From Octopus sinensis (lineage: Eukaryota): a stretch of 64,000 bases of DNA. Below the pieces are notes generated by a model, which did not search any database, had not been told where the DNA came from, and saw only the letters and a program-made list of their open reading frames with translations. The translations under genes were made by a program, and so were the position numbers. Shown here in pieces: positions 12,930-26,465 of this stretch. Position 1 is the stretch's first letter, and every line of letters begins with the position of its first letter. Location of the stretch: assembly GCF_006345805.1 (NCBI RefSeq), contig NC_043006.1, forward strand, positions 2,666,001 through 2,730,000, written 5' to 3'.

Positions 12930-14495
12930 GATTTTAAAGGAATGTTTCCTTCATGTAGGAGGCATTTATAAAGCCTAGCAAGGTTCTTTTGCATACTTTT
13001 ATTTTTAACACACCATTTGGCTGCAAGTCAATAACTTTCAGTTGAAGATCCAATGGAAGTTCCTCAATAATGTACACAAATGATTATTGAAGGACATTTT
13101 ATGTTTTTCACATTTTCTTTGATTTTTGAAAAACTCTGTTGAAACTAGCTTCAGATTGAGTAAATTCAAAACGAGATGAAGAATTTGCTTCCTGGCTGTA
13201 TTTTTCACAACAGGGAAATTAGTTGAAGTCATTTATCTTTATTGGAGAGTAAAAAAAAATGTTAATTTATGTTGGAAAGTATTCACTGCAGAGTAATATG
13301 TCACGTATAAAATTAGAATCCCATTATAATCCAAGATTGGACTAAGATCTAAGATGTATCATTAAGTTAACCAGGAAAACTACTTTCCATAGCTATTCAC
13401 TGTTGCAAGAAGCAGTTTGGGTGTGGGTTTTTTTTTTTTTCTCATTTAAAAAATTGCCAGTCATCATCTAAAGTTCAAAAACTTGTGAGATAACTCCACT
13501 GCTACTCAGCCATCTTACAGTAACATGTCACAAGTTGCTATATTCAGCTTCCGTTTCTTCTAAAGATGTTCAAAACAATGATAATTAAATGCATGCAAGC
13601 TAATAAAATTCACTGCTGATACAACTTGGTCTATCCTACATGACAAATGGAAATGGTTTTCACAAATTTCCTGCTGATAAGTAATATTGTGAAATACCAC
13701 AGATTTTGACACACTGTACTGTCACAAATTTTATAGACTTGTCCAACAAGATATTTTCATATATACCATAAATTTTACCCCCACTATCATTTTTAATACA
13801 CTTTAGACAAATCCAAATCAGACTGTATGTTATCAATATCTTCTGCATGTCTTTGAAAATCTCTCCATCATTTGTGCTTGTAAGCAGCTGCCTACCAAAG
13901 CTAGTTCCGTTCCATCAATGCTGGCATTAATTTCTCAAATGACCAGCAACACCATATTGTCCAACATAACTGCTGATTTGTCAAGAGCTTGGGAAAGCCT
14001 CTGGAAACCTTGTACTTCATTGTTTAATTGGTACAGGATGTTGTTTTCTGTGTATTTGATTCACAATGCTATTGTTTTTTTTTGCAGAAAGACTAATATT
14101 CTTGAATTCATCTATTTTTCCTATGGAAGCTTTTTCAGCTGTTGCTATCGACCAAAATTTAATTAATTCATCGTCAGTAAATGGTTTATTTTTTTTTTTC
14201 ACTAACGAATAAGCTACTCTCAAATTAGTTTTAGATGTAGCTTCAGTATTAGCATTTTATCCGAGGGAAAAACAACTGTTCCAAGCTTTCGTATTTCTTA
14301 TAACGTAACTTCCCTATTAGATGGAAATAATGAGATGAATGCTTCATTTGCTAATGCCTCCATATTTTATATTCCTTTAACACAGCCTTGCTGTAGATTA
14401 CTGTTGTTTTTTTACCATTACAAAATATTCCATTCTCCTATGTTCTTTAAAGGAGTGACTTTGAGAGTAAATTTTTTGCCTTTTCCCTGGTGGCA
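12930..14495 (-). mobile_element. Degenerate hAT transposase of the SPIN/Buster (GTF2IRD2-like) group
   Basis: Frame-broken fragments KRQKIYSQSHSFKEHRRMEYF, RVAYSLVKKKNKPFTDDELIK, FKNISLS, ALDKS, GEIFKDMQKILITYSLIWICLKCIKNDSGGKIYG occur in the order typical of these transposases. No TIRs seen. Confidence 0.7.
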
Positions 14496-15229
14496 TTACA
14501 TAATATGTGTGTGTGTGTGTGTATGTATGTATGTACATATGTATGTGTATGCGTGTGTGTATGTATGTATGTATGTATGTATGTATGTGTGTGTGTGTGT
14601 GCATGCGTGCATGTATGTATGGCTACATTGTCGTGTTGTTGCAGGTTGAAAATGGATAACAACAGAAAGAAATATGATGGGTTTCAAATCACAACATTAA
14701 TAAAAGCAGGGTTCATATAAAACATGTTGTAAGGAATTCCTATATGCATTATTTTTCAGTTTATAAAATCAGATGTTGTGAAGGTGTCGTGTAGAAAATG
14801 ATGTAATTTAAAAGGGAGATAAAGAAGGTAAATTATCGGCAAGGAATCACTTGGTATTTTGAAATTATTACTTGGTCCAATAGCTCCAGTCTGCTGTGAT
14901 TAGGTTTACTATGCTACAAGAGTGACTCATTGTCATTTAGGGATGATACGTTTATGTTGCAATTCATGGAAAGTTATTGTTAGGTTAATTATTATTTTTT
15001 TTTTTAGTTATTATTACTTTAACGATGTTTGGTTGATTCATTTTGAAATAAAAAATGGAATATGTCCAAATATGTAAGTGGGAGAAACACATCACCAAAA
15101 TACTTGGAAATTGGAAAGATAAAGTACTTCCTTGTTGTGATAGAGAAATGTTATTTGGGTCTTATTAATTATTAATTATCTGATTGAAGTGAATGGGCAA
15201 ATGGCATTTAATTGGCTTGTCTTTTTTCT

Positions 15230-15455
15230 TTTATCTTTTATTTATTTTAGTCATTAGGCTGCAGCTATGCTGGGGGACTGGCATGGAAGGATTTTTAGTC
15301 AAATGAATGAACTCCTGTACTTATTTGCTTTTTTTAAAAAATCTGGTACTTCTTCTATCAGTCTTTTTTTTTACCAAACCTCTAGGTTACAAGGATGCAA
15401 ACAAACCATCAGCAGTTGCCAAATAGTGGTGTGTGACACACACACACACACACAT
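15230..15455 (-). mobile_element. SINE family 1, 3' half
   Basis: agtcattaggctgcagctatgctggggg...(CA)n. Confidence 0.75.
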
Positions 15456-15519
15456 GAGCAAGTGGCTGATGCTGGTGGTGTATTAAAACCTGCTTTTGAG
15501 TGTTGTTGGGCTTCACCAC

Positions 15520-15830
15520 AGAGGCAATGGTGAATGGCTGAGGCCTTGGCATTATGCCATGCTTCAGAAGAAGACCCATCAGGGCCAGTAAAATCACAGT
15601 CGTAGCAGATACTGGGTTCGTGCAATTGGCACCTGTTCTGGTGGCACATAAAAATACCCTTTACACTCTCAAAGTGGTTGGCATAAGGAAGGGCATCCAG
15701 CCATAGAAACCATGCCAAATCACGCTGGAGTCTGGTGCAACCTTCCAGCTTGCCAGCCTTGTTCAAACTGCCCAACCCATGCCAGCAGGGACAACAGACG
15801 TTCAATGATGATAATGATGATGATGATGAT
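15520..15830 (+). mobile_element. RTE-type 3' end / RTE-mobilised short element with (GAT)n tail
   Basis: gtggttggcataaggaagggcatccagcc...ccaacccatgccagca...gatgatgat. Further copies near 15990-16070, 26252-26457, 30355-30413, 33418-33582, 51188-51485, 52447-52890, 56303-56460, 58090-58295. Confidence 0.75.
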
Positions 15831-16789
15831 TATTGTGTGCACGTGTGTGAATATTTTGTCTTCTTCTCTCAACATCGAGTTATTGTTATAGATGAGTGTC
15901 ATTCATTTCCAATATTCCAATATTCTGCAAAAAGCATGTCTGGCTGTGGGGAAATGTTACTTTACTTGGTAACGAGTAAGAGTTGATGACTGGTAGAGTT
16001 GTGGAGAATCTGCTTCAGTAAACTCTGTCCAACCCATGCAAGCATGGAAAAGTGGATGTTAAAATAATGGTGGTGGTGGTGGTGATGATGGTGATGATGT
16101 GGTAGTTGTGATAGTGGTGGTGGTGGTGGTGGTGGTGGTGGTGGTGGTGATGGCGATGATGATAATGCATAAAAGCCTTTTTTCTTAACTGACAAAATCA
16201 ATTCATATTAATTGTATTTTTTTATTGTCTCCCTTCAATAAAAAAAATAGAAGTCACTCCAAATGGGTTTGAACTTAAAACAGGGCTGCACAGAGCTTTA
16301 GATAATTTGGAATATCCTTCACTGGACAATCAACAATTCCTGTTCAACAATTATCCCTACACATGTGATAAATGTTGTCAAGTACAGGATCTTGTAATGA
16401 TTAGAGTACTTAGTAAGTGATTAGCCTTCTTGACATTTTCTCAGAAAAACCTGGTGCCTAATCTCAACAGCTCAACTGAACTAGAGCAATACTACAGAAG
16501 AGATCACTCTGTGCACAAATCAAATGAAATGCCTACAGTGAATTTGAACTTCCAGTTTAAAAAAAAATAGTTCTGGACCATTTTATTTTAATAGTCAATA
16601 ATAATCTACATACACAGATAAACACACAACCAGCGTTCCACAAAGTTAATAGCTTTGGTAAGTCATTCTAAATATTTGTCTCCAAAGTACTAACAACTGC
16701 TCTCTTCCCTTACTCTCTTTCTTTCTTTCTTTTTCCCTCTCTCTCTTTCTTTTTCTCTTTCTGTCTTTCTTTCTTTTTCTCTTTCTGTG

Positions 16790-17226
16790 TTTTACTCGTT
16801 TCAGTCATTAGACTGTGGCCATGCTGGGGCACTGCCTTGTAGAATTTTTAGCTGAATGAGTCAACCCCAGTACTTATTTCTCTCCTTTTTTTTTTTAAGC
16901 TTGGTACTTTTTCTGTTAGTCTTTTTTCCCGAACTGCTAAGTTATGGGGACGTAAACATACCACCACTTGTTGCCAAGTGGTGGTAATGGGGCAAACAAA
17001 CACAAAGACACACACCCGAACACACACACACACACACACATACGTGTATATATTTGTATATAGGATGGGCTTCTTTCAGTTTCTGTCTCCCAAATCCACT
17101 CACAGGGCTTTGGTTGGCCTGAGGCTATTGTAGAAGGCACTTGTCCAAGGTGCCACACAGTGGGACTGAACCCGGAACCATGTGGTTGGGAAGCAAGCTT
17201 CTTACCACATAGCCACACCTGTGCCT
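16790..17226 (-). mobile_element. SINE family 1
   Basis: Full head-to-tail match to family copies. Confidence 0.9.
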
Positions 17227-17719
17227 CTGCTGAGAATTGTTCGAAAAATTTTTTTAATTGGTGTTCTCTTTACTATTTCATCTTGGAAACCATTCCATTA
17301 AGTGATCCAGTGTCATATTGCAACTGTATCAAGAGCAACATTGTAGTTGAATTACTGCTCCATGTGATCCAGACATAATCACCAAAATCTGTGTCTTGTG
17401 ATTTCTTTTCCTGCCTTCCATCCATAAGGATAATTGAAATACTTCATCTTCGGTTCATCACCGAACTTTCAGGCTTCTCCTTTCGAATTCTGTATTTAGT
17501 ATGTCTCAAGTGTTGTTGCATTATTACATCAGCATCCTCCGCCAGAAACTGTGTCCAGTCATTGGCTTGTCATAAATAAATATATATTCATTGCTTAAAG
17601 TACAAAAGTTTAATTTTTCACATGGATACGGGTCTCATGCTTTTCTGCTTCTTTAATATGGCTTTTGTAATAACAACTTCTTTCTTAGGCATGCAATTTA
17701 AAAAAAAAAAAAATTCAAG

Positions 17720-18105
17720 AGGCATAGGTGTAGCTGTGGGGTAAGACGTTAGCTTTCCAATTAAAGGGTTCCGGGTTCAGTACCACTGCATGACACCTTG
17801 GGCAAGTGTCTTCTACTATAGCCTCATGCTGACTAAAGCCTTGAGAGTGGATTTGCTTGACAGAAACTGAAAGAAGCCCGTCGTATGTGTGTGTGTGTGT
17901 TGTTCTTTGTGTATGTGTTTGTACCCTACCACTGCTTGACAACCAGTGTTGTTGTATTTACATTCCTGTAACTTAGCAGTTTAACAAAAGAGACCGCTTT
18001 ACAAAATACTAATAAGTACTGGGGTTGATAAGTTTTACTGAAACTCTTCAAAGCAGTGCCCCAGCATGGCCACAGTCTAATGACTGAAACAAGTAAAAAG
18101 AAAAA
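17720..18105 (+). mobile_element. SINE family 1
   Basis: ggcataggtgtagctgtggggtaag...ttccgggttcagtaccactgc...aaacaagtaaaaag. Confidence 0.9.
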
Positions 18106-18288
18106 AGACAAATATTAGAGCCAACTGAAGTGCTTTCTGCCCTCAGTGCGTATCGCTGGTATTTCTTGCTGGAAGAAACATGAAAGATTTTTATTGATAG
18201 TTGACCCATCTTCAGTATTGGACCAATTTCATCAAGAATTGAGATTGTATTGAGAATTCAGTTTGCAAACTCTTCTTTACCTAATCTT

Positions 18289-18341
<53 letters not shown>

Positions 18342-18348
18342 GATGATG

Positions 18349-18385
<37 letters not shown>

Positions 18386-18405
18386 CAGCTGCAGCAACAA
18401 CAACA

Positions 18406-18528
18406 AGGAGGGTCTTTAGCACTTGGAAGACTACTGAAAGCTTGTGGATACCTATGGTTACTAGTAGTAACCCACTACCCTCATATATTGTATTAGGAGT
18501 AAGAGCGAACTTGAGTCAAATCAATAAT
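18406..18528 (+). mobile_element. Short 3' end of a probable R4/Dong-like LINE in a trinucleotide tract (second copy 20439-20525)
   Basis: Two related copies (agcttgtggatacctatggttac...tgagtcaaatca), each ending in (TAA)n; RRVFST resembles the R4/Dong ORF end. Confidence 0.45.
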
Positions 18529-18531
18529 AAT

Positions 18532-20394
18532 CCTTTCCTCTAGAGGCATAAGGAGCTGATATTTATGGGGAGGGGCTAAGTTGATTACATTGACCCCAGT
18601 GTACAATTGGTACTTTTTTCATCAAACTTCAAAAAGATGAAAGGCAAAGTCTCCAAAATGCCAACCAGTTTCCTCAATTCGTCTGAGGTCTTGTATTAAG
18701 TTCCATAGAAAGTGCTGTTGTTTTAGATATCTGCAAGGACCCTACCTTTGGGAAGTCTTTCTTCCTTGCATATTCCATTTGCTTTCACTCAGAATGGGCT
18801 GTTTTCTAGGGGAGCCTTTATTTTCTCTTTTTCCTTTTGAGTCTCTGCCAGAAGGCCGTCCCTACTTGCTCTTCATATCAACCTCAATGTAGCTTTTGAT
18901 GACATAGCTCTACTGGTTGTGGTTAGTCGGGGAAAGGGCCCTGGTCACTGTCTTTTTGTCCTGGGGCAAGTCGACCATAACCATCTTTGGAACTGCAACT
19001 GATGATGTGACTGGAAGTAGTGTGGGAGACAGTAAGTGACTGGCAATATTGTGGGGACAGCAATTTCCAGGACCTGCTGATGTTGACGCAAATTCTGTTG
19101 CTAATTCCTGTGCAACTCTGGAATAACCTTGTAGTCTCTAACGTTCATTAGGACTTCAAAGTTCACACTGGCCCTTTCCGAACACGTCATTTCTTGTGAC
19201 CTCTGCCCTTACCACCTTGGCCCTTATTGTCCTACAAAGATGATGAGCTTGAGACCAATGTCACTGCCAATACCAATAACTGTCACCTTTGTGCTACACT
19301 GGCCCATTTATTGCGGTTTGAACCTGTTTTAGTTGAACTCCTTAGGGGCTAACGAAAGCCCTGCCCTCTCATCTTTTGTAAAGTAAAGCTACATTAGCTT
19401 TCCTCTTGTCTGTTCCTGTGTAATTCTTCATGCAGGGAGACAGATTCCCCAGTGACATCATTCTTACACAATTCCAAAAACTGAAATTTATCCATCCTCA
19501 ACATTTCCTTGTTGGCAGTAATGGAATTGAAAAGAAAATTTGTTGTTATTTTCTCCATTAGGATTCTTCTAAATGCTACCTGTATCTATAATAATACATG
19601 ATGTATTTATTGGTTTCATATTTTGGCACAAGGCCAGCGATTTTGAGGGAGGGGTAAGTCAATTGCATCAATCTCAGTGTCCAACTGGTACTTAATTTAT
19701 CAGTCCCATAAAGGTCAAAGGCAAAGTTGAGTTTGGTGGAATTTGAACTCAGAATGTGAGGACAGACGAAATGCTGCTAAGTATTTTGCCCGGTGGGCCA
19801 ACAATTCTGCCAGCTTACTGCCTGCATCACGTATTTATTAGCAAACATTCTCTTTTGTTCTGTGTATTTTTAAACTACAAATGTCTGTTTACATAACTTT
19901 TGTGTCTAATTTTTTGGTTATGATTTTATGGGTGTTGTCTCTCTGTTTTGAAGGTTGAATCTCTTTATTTTAGTTAAATGAAAAATATTTAAAACAAGCT
20001 TTTAAAAAATTCTTTTTTTAAACAGCATAGAAAATGATTTGATAAATCCTCACCCAATCCTTGTTAATACACTTACATGACACAACAAAAATATGAACAA
20101 CCATTCCTTTGGAAAATGTAAAGTCAAAACGCAACAAAGCCCCTGTGAGTATGAAAGAGAACATGTCCATTAAGGCTAAAACACAAATAAATTGATAATA
20201 ATAATAATAATTTCAAATTTTTGCCACAAGGGCAGCTTGTGGATGGGGATTGAGTTGATAACATCGACCCCAGTGTTTCACTGGTACTTAATTTATTGAC
20301 CCCCAAAAGGATGAAAGGCAAATTTGAATTCTGAATGTAGTGTCGGGTGAAATACTGCTAAGCATTCTGCCAGTGCACCACCTTAATAATAATG

Positions 20395-20439
<45 letters not shown>

Positions 20440-20771
20440 GCTTGTGGAAACCTAAGGTTACAGGGAGTAACTTGCTACCCACATAAATTCTACCAGGAAT
20501 AAGAATGAACCTGAGTCAAATCACCAATAATGATAACAACAACAATAATAATAATGGTTTCAAATGTTACCACATGGGCAGCCATTTTGGGGAAGGGGAC
20601 GAGTTGATTACATCAACCCCAGTGCGTAACTGGTACTTAACTTATCAACCCCGAAAGGATGAAAGACAAAGTCAACCTCAGCGGAATTTGAACTCAGAAT
20701 GTAGTGACAGATAAAGTATGCTAAGCATTTCACCTGATGTGCTAATGATTCTGCCAGCTCACTGCCTTAAT

Positions 20772-20829
<58 letters not shown>

Positions 20830-21270
20830 TCTGCCATAGACACAAAGTTTATAATTTTATGTGTTGGGGGAGATAATTGATTACATTGACCCCCAATGCT
20901 CAATTGGTACTTATTTTATTGACCCCCAAAAAAGATGAAAGGCAAAGTTTGACCTCAGCAGAATTTGAACTCAGATCATAAAGATGAACAAAATACCACA
21001 AAGCATAATGTGTTTTGAAGGGATAATCAAGAAAAGATGTTTTCTCAATCTATGACAGTCAAATATAATAATCCTTTCTACTAAAGGCACAAGTCTTGAA
21101 ATTTGGTGGGAGGGGACCAGTCAATTACACCGACCCCAGTATTTCACCCTGGAAGGATGAAAGACAAAGTCCACCTCGGCGGAATTTGAACTGAAAATAT
21201 AGCGACAGGTGAAATACCCGCTAAGCATTTCATCCAGTGTGCTAATGGTTCAGCCAGCTCGCTGCCTCAA
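18532..21270 (-). mobile_element. Cluster of six SINE family 2 copies (about 18532-18655, 19610-19825, 20210-20385, 20556-20770, 20826-21005, 21073-21270), with unrelated DNA between some copies
   Basis: Each matches the reverse complement of 25951-26184 (gaccccagt...ctggtactt...aaaggatgaaaggcaaagt...aatttgaactcagaa). The last copy is flanked by a 16-bp duplication agtcaaatataataat (21057-21072, 21271-21286). Confidence 0.85.
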
Positions 21271-21326
21271 AGTCAAATATAATAATAATGATAATGATAA
21301 TAATTATTATTATTATTATTATTATT

Positions 21327-21708
21327 CAGTAGTTTTATTTTTATAGCGTGCTTTCACTTCACTACCGAGCGCAGCTCTGTGTGCCTTGGGTATGTGCTGT
21401 GATTTGTTGTGATGCTCTGATGGTTATTGTATGGAAAGTGTTCTGCGTCCAAGTCTATATCTCTATTATTTTCCTTCCATATTTTATATGTATGTGTTGT
21501 TGTATTTTCATTTTTTGGGTAGAGTACTGCTGTGTAGTATGCGTGTAAGATAGAAATGTATTCCTCACGTGTCCATTTACGTCTTTTGGGTTTTATTTGC
21601 GGGACATGAGGTACAACGTCCGGCCCATTATTTTGACGGTCGTCATTTTCGTAGGGTACCGGTCTGTTTATTTCTGTTGTCACATTATTTCGCACGTGTA
21701 GTTTTTCG
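21327..21708 (-). mobile_element. Internally deleted R4/Dong-like non-autonomous element inside a (TAA)n tract
   Basis: (TTA)n on both sides. ORF has KRRKWTREEYISILHAYY, like R4/Dong ORF N-termini; its terminus (ttattcagtagttttattt on +) resembles the end of the element at 37591. Confidence 0.65.
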
Positions 21709-23869
21709 TATTATTATTATTATTATTATTATTATATTATTATTATTATTATTATTATTACTATGATTGTTACAATAATAACCCATAACCACCACCTCAA
21801 GAGCAATAAAAACAATTGTAGTTTCATACAATCACCATAAGGTGACAAATTATAATAATCTAAACTGGCCTCAGACCATGCTTATTTTATTAATCTTGAG
21901 GTATTTGGACTTAGGCACATTAATGAAATTAAGGCATTTTCAGATGTTAGCTATGGATTCCATTTGGTAACTTGTGGTTGTCCATATTGCATTTGGCTTT
22001 CAAATTCTGTTTGTTTCGAAAGAATTCTGATATCTTTCAGTTTTAGACTCATTACACTTTAGTTATCTAAGTCAGGAAATTTGAAATTAATTCTCTGTTG
22101 ATTTTTACCTAATTTGTTTACTTCTTTCGGCTGAGTTTGATTGTCTCTTACTGGCTTGGAACTGGTAAGAGAGTTTATGTTTTCAAAAGACATTGATATA
22201 CTTTTGTTCTTCAAAGACTTCTTTTTATCAATAATACATCCTATTGTTTAGGAATTACCATACACGTTATTCTTATTCTCTCTTACTTTTTATTTTATTT
22301 CATTAATAACCTGTTAGAAAAGAATGCTTATTGTTAAAATGTATTTTAAATATGAATTAAACCATCTTGCATAATATTGAATACAAATGATAATTAAATC
22401 TTTTTTTTTTTTCCTGTTTTGAATTTTGTTTAAAATGTTTTGTTTGTAGTGTCAGGCATTTCAAGACATTTTCACTAATTCTGATTGCAGTATGACGTCA
22501 TGGTTGGTCTTCAATTGATAACTCAAGTTTGGCTGTTTAATTGTTCATTCCAAATTTGTTATATTTTCAAAGGATTTTTGCCACTTTTCTTATTACTATT
22601 TTGTTGTTATTTTACATTCTGATATAAAATATTTGTATTCTGCAATGAAATATACATTTTTTTTTTTTCACACCTTACTCATTTGCAAAAGTTAATTCAA
22701 GTTTTGTTGTAAATTCAACACTATTAAACCGGATGATTGTGTTAATTGTTAGGTAATGGAAACTTATGTGTTTCTCTCTGAGATTGTCTTGAGGAAGGCA
22801 ACAGTCAGCACCTTGTTGTTTGGTTTATTTTAACATTGCAGGAAATTACGATTTTCAATTATCATACAGCACATATGTGAGTGTGTGTTGCATGCATGCA
22901 TGTCTGTGTGTGTGTGTGTGTTGAGTGTAGTGTATGTGTGCATGTGAGTGTGTGTGTGTGTGTGTATGTATGTGTGTGTGTGTGTGCACGTGTGTGTGTG
23001 TGTTTGAAACATCATCAGTAATAAAGTTGGCACTTAACTGAATTACTATTAATTAAATATTTCATTTTGAATCAGACTTAAATTTACTGTATTTATAAAC
23101 TTTTAAAATTGCATTCTCTGATTTTTTGTTTTCCAGATTTCTTCTTTATCATCGATGAGTTTTTTCCACCGATGAAGGCCTAATGAATTGCTAATCAAGG
23201 CATTATATTTTCAGGTAATGATTCTTTCCTTCAGTTAAAATTGCTTTTGTCTTAATTTTTACTAAAAAAAAAAAAATGTATCGGATCCTTGTTGCTCCTT
23301 GTAAATCCTTGTTTGCAATAAAATCAAATCAGCATTAAAAGGCAAAAATATTGAAAGTTAGTGGCAAAAACATTGAATTCAGTTTTCATAGCTTTACATC
23401 CGGAGCTCAAATTTTGCTCTGGGTTAACTTTGGTTGTCATTCTTCTGGAAATAATAAAATAATACCAATAGTATACCAGGAATTTAACTTTTTAACTGTG
23501 AAATTAAATTTCATGGTTATTCCAGTAAAGATACTAAATGTCTGCCCCCCCCCCAATAGAATAGGAATTCTCTGCCAACTCGACATGTCTCAACAAAAAA
23601 TAGTTTCAAACATGATATTCGTCAAAAAAAGATAAATTGGTGTATAAAACTACTTTCTGTAGATAGAACAAAATTCTAAGTGGATATATCTGATTTCCAA
23701 AGTAAAAAGGGTTAATTGATTATATCCTTTCTCTCTGATTGTTACTGTGCCAATGCAAGAAATTGTTTATTGGTAGCATTAATTGCTAAATCTATCAATA
23801 TTGAAGCATAAATATGAAATTACTGAAATTACTTTAATAGTTTTTATTATATTTTTATGGCTCAGAGAA

Positions 23870-24700
23870 GAAAGCATAAAAAGAGGTTTATCATGGGTGT
23901 TGTTGTGTGCAGACAACCTAAGTTTTAAAAGCAGAAAGTTTGAATGGATTGCAGGAGACGGTGGACAGGTGGAGGAAATATATGAAGGCAAAAGCTATGA
24001 AGATATAAGAAAAATCAAGGTGATAGGAAGTTGTACAGCTTACGATGAGGTGGGAAGAATAGGAAAGTGGAATGCAGGAAGGGTGTCAGAGTAAATGCAC
24101 ATTGTGTGCTCAGTGAAGAGAGTAAAGTCGAAAATGTAGCAGAACGAGAGGTTTAAGTAATGAAGAAGCTACCATTAAGTGGAAGATGTGTAGGAGTGAG
24201 CTTCAGAGGGAGGGAATGCTGAGCTGGATTTTGGAAATGGTATAAAGATGAAGGGTGTGAGAGAAATACTGAGTGAAGGTGGACCAGATTTGGAAATAGG
24301 AACCAAGTGATGTGATGTGATAAGAAGGATGGGGAGTGTTGCTAGGACTGAAGGGAAAGGTGTGTATGTTGCATGTTTTATGTGAGTGAAAGAAGGCTGG
24401 CAAAAATGGAAAAGTGAGTGGAAAAGTAGTGGATGAGTGGAGTATCACTGAGAGGGAGGGAAATTGATAGGGAATTTTAGGAAATGATGGCAATAGAGGC
24501 AGTAGCAGTGATGGCCGTTGTGAAAAGAAATGGAATGAGGTGGTTGGGCCACATGCTAATGAAGAACGAAATTGGCTGAGTGAAAAGAGTGATGGAAATA
24601 AAGGAAGGGGATGACTGTGAAAGAATTGGGATTAGGGGATAGGACAAAGTAGGGAAGTCTGTGATGGGGACCACAAGGCTAACGTGTGCTTTAGCTGGGA
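23870..24700 (+). mobile_element. Highly degenerate RTE-like LINE relic
   Basis: RGLSWVLLCADNL (cf. GLPWELLYADDL), LGLKGKVC, MRWLGHML in the expected order, with many stops and frameshifts. Confidence 0.55.
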
Positions 24701-25950
24701 AAATAGCCCTCAAACACTTGTGAGTGAGAGAAGGAAGAGCAGTACCATGACCTTTTGTACAGGACCCTTGAGATTATTGGAGCAAACGGAATTACAACTT
24801 GTGGGGTTACTGCATCAGGGAGCAGTGAATCAATATATTAAGTTATTCTCAGATCCTGTAACTTGTCCAAATATTTGTACCTGACTATTAAGTGCTGGTG
24901 TTAAACTCAGGTGGCAGATATCACTCAATAACAGACACAGTCCACCTAGCAGGCTTTCAATGCTGCTTTTATCTATCGTATTTCACTCACAAAGCTTGGG
25001 ATCAACTCAAATCATATCTATGGAAGAAGACATTTACTCAAGGTTTCATAACTTGAAATACATATACGAAGAAGATATATTCATAGTTTATATTAGCTTT
25101 CATTTAAAAGATTAATTCCTATGTTTCTTCTATGTTGAATTCAAAATAAAAACTTGAAAAAAGAAACTTGAGTAAATCAAAAAACCTTGTAACATATTGT
25201 ACTAAATGGGGAATGATATAATTTAAGCTTTAGGACTAACACAACCCTGACAATCAGTAGAACTGTCACGAGGCTGTCATTAAGTTTAGAAACAGTAAAG
25301 GGTCTTTGAAAGGGTCTCCTCATAAATTCATAACAAGTGTGGTGAGGATTGATTGAATTCCCAATTTTATTGTCAGTTATTTATGATGCTTCTTGTGTTG
25401 GGTCAAACAGGTTCATAGAATGGGGCTCTTTCTAAATCAGCCATTTTATCTGTGTGTGTGTGTGTGTGCACAGAATCTAAAGGTTTTCTAGTGTGCTAAA
25501 AACTAGTAGAACTGTTAGTATCCTTTTTTTTTTGTTTTCTTCTATTTTTTTTTCCATCATTTTGTCTCAGGAAGAAAGGCAGAAACAAAAGCCTTTTGAA
25601 GGGGTTCAGTGATTGGAGGAGTGAGTTGTGCACAGACAAGAGCTGCTTTGAAATGACCTGTCTGGGCACAAATGTGGCTATAGGCGTAGACATGGCTATG
25701 TGGTTAGAAACTTGCTTCTCAACCACATGGTTCCAAGTTCAGTCTCAATGCATAGCACCTTGGGCAAGTATCTTCTACTATAGCCTTAGGCCGACCAGAG
25801 TCTTGTGAGTGGATTTGGTTGATGAAAGTTGAAAGATGCCTGTTGTATATATATATATATATACATACATACATACGCATGCATGCACGCATGCATGCAC
25901 GCATGCATGCACGCACGCACGCACGCACGCATACATACATACATACATAC

Positions 25951-26184
25951 AAGGCGGCGAGCTGGCAGAACCATTAGCACGCCGGGCGAAATGCGTAGCC
26001 GTATTTCGTCTGCCGTTACGTTCTGAGTTCAAATTCCGCCGAGGTCGACTTTGCCTTTCATCCTTTCAGGGGGTCGATAAATTAAGTACCAGTTAAGCAC
26101 TGGGGTCGATGTAATCGTCTTAATCCGTTTGTCTGTCCTTGTTTGTCCTCTCTATGTTTAGCCCCTTGTGGGTAATAAAGAAAC
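25951..26184 (+). mobile_element. Well-preserved SINE family 2 (tRNA-derived; B-box-like gagttcaaattcc; central gcctttcatcctttc.ggggtcgataaa domain)
   Basis: CpG-rich copy; other + copies near 32170-32350, 57625-57820, 59803-60018. Confidence 0.88.
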
Positions 26185-26465
26185 ATATATATATACATAC
26201 ATACATACATACATACATACATACATACATACATACATACATACATACATAGCTCTGTCTGGCACCTGTGCAGGTGGCACGTAAAAAGCACCCACTACAC
26301 TCACGGAGTGGTTGGCGTTAGGAAGGGCATCCAGCCGTAGAAACACTGCCAAATCTGACTGGGCCTGATGAAGCCTTCCGGCTTCACAGACCCCAGTTAA
26401 ACCGTCCAACCCATGCTAGCATGGAAAACGGACGCTAAATGATGATGATGATGATGATATATATG

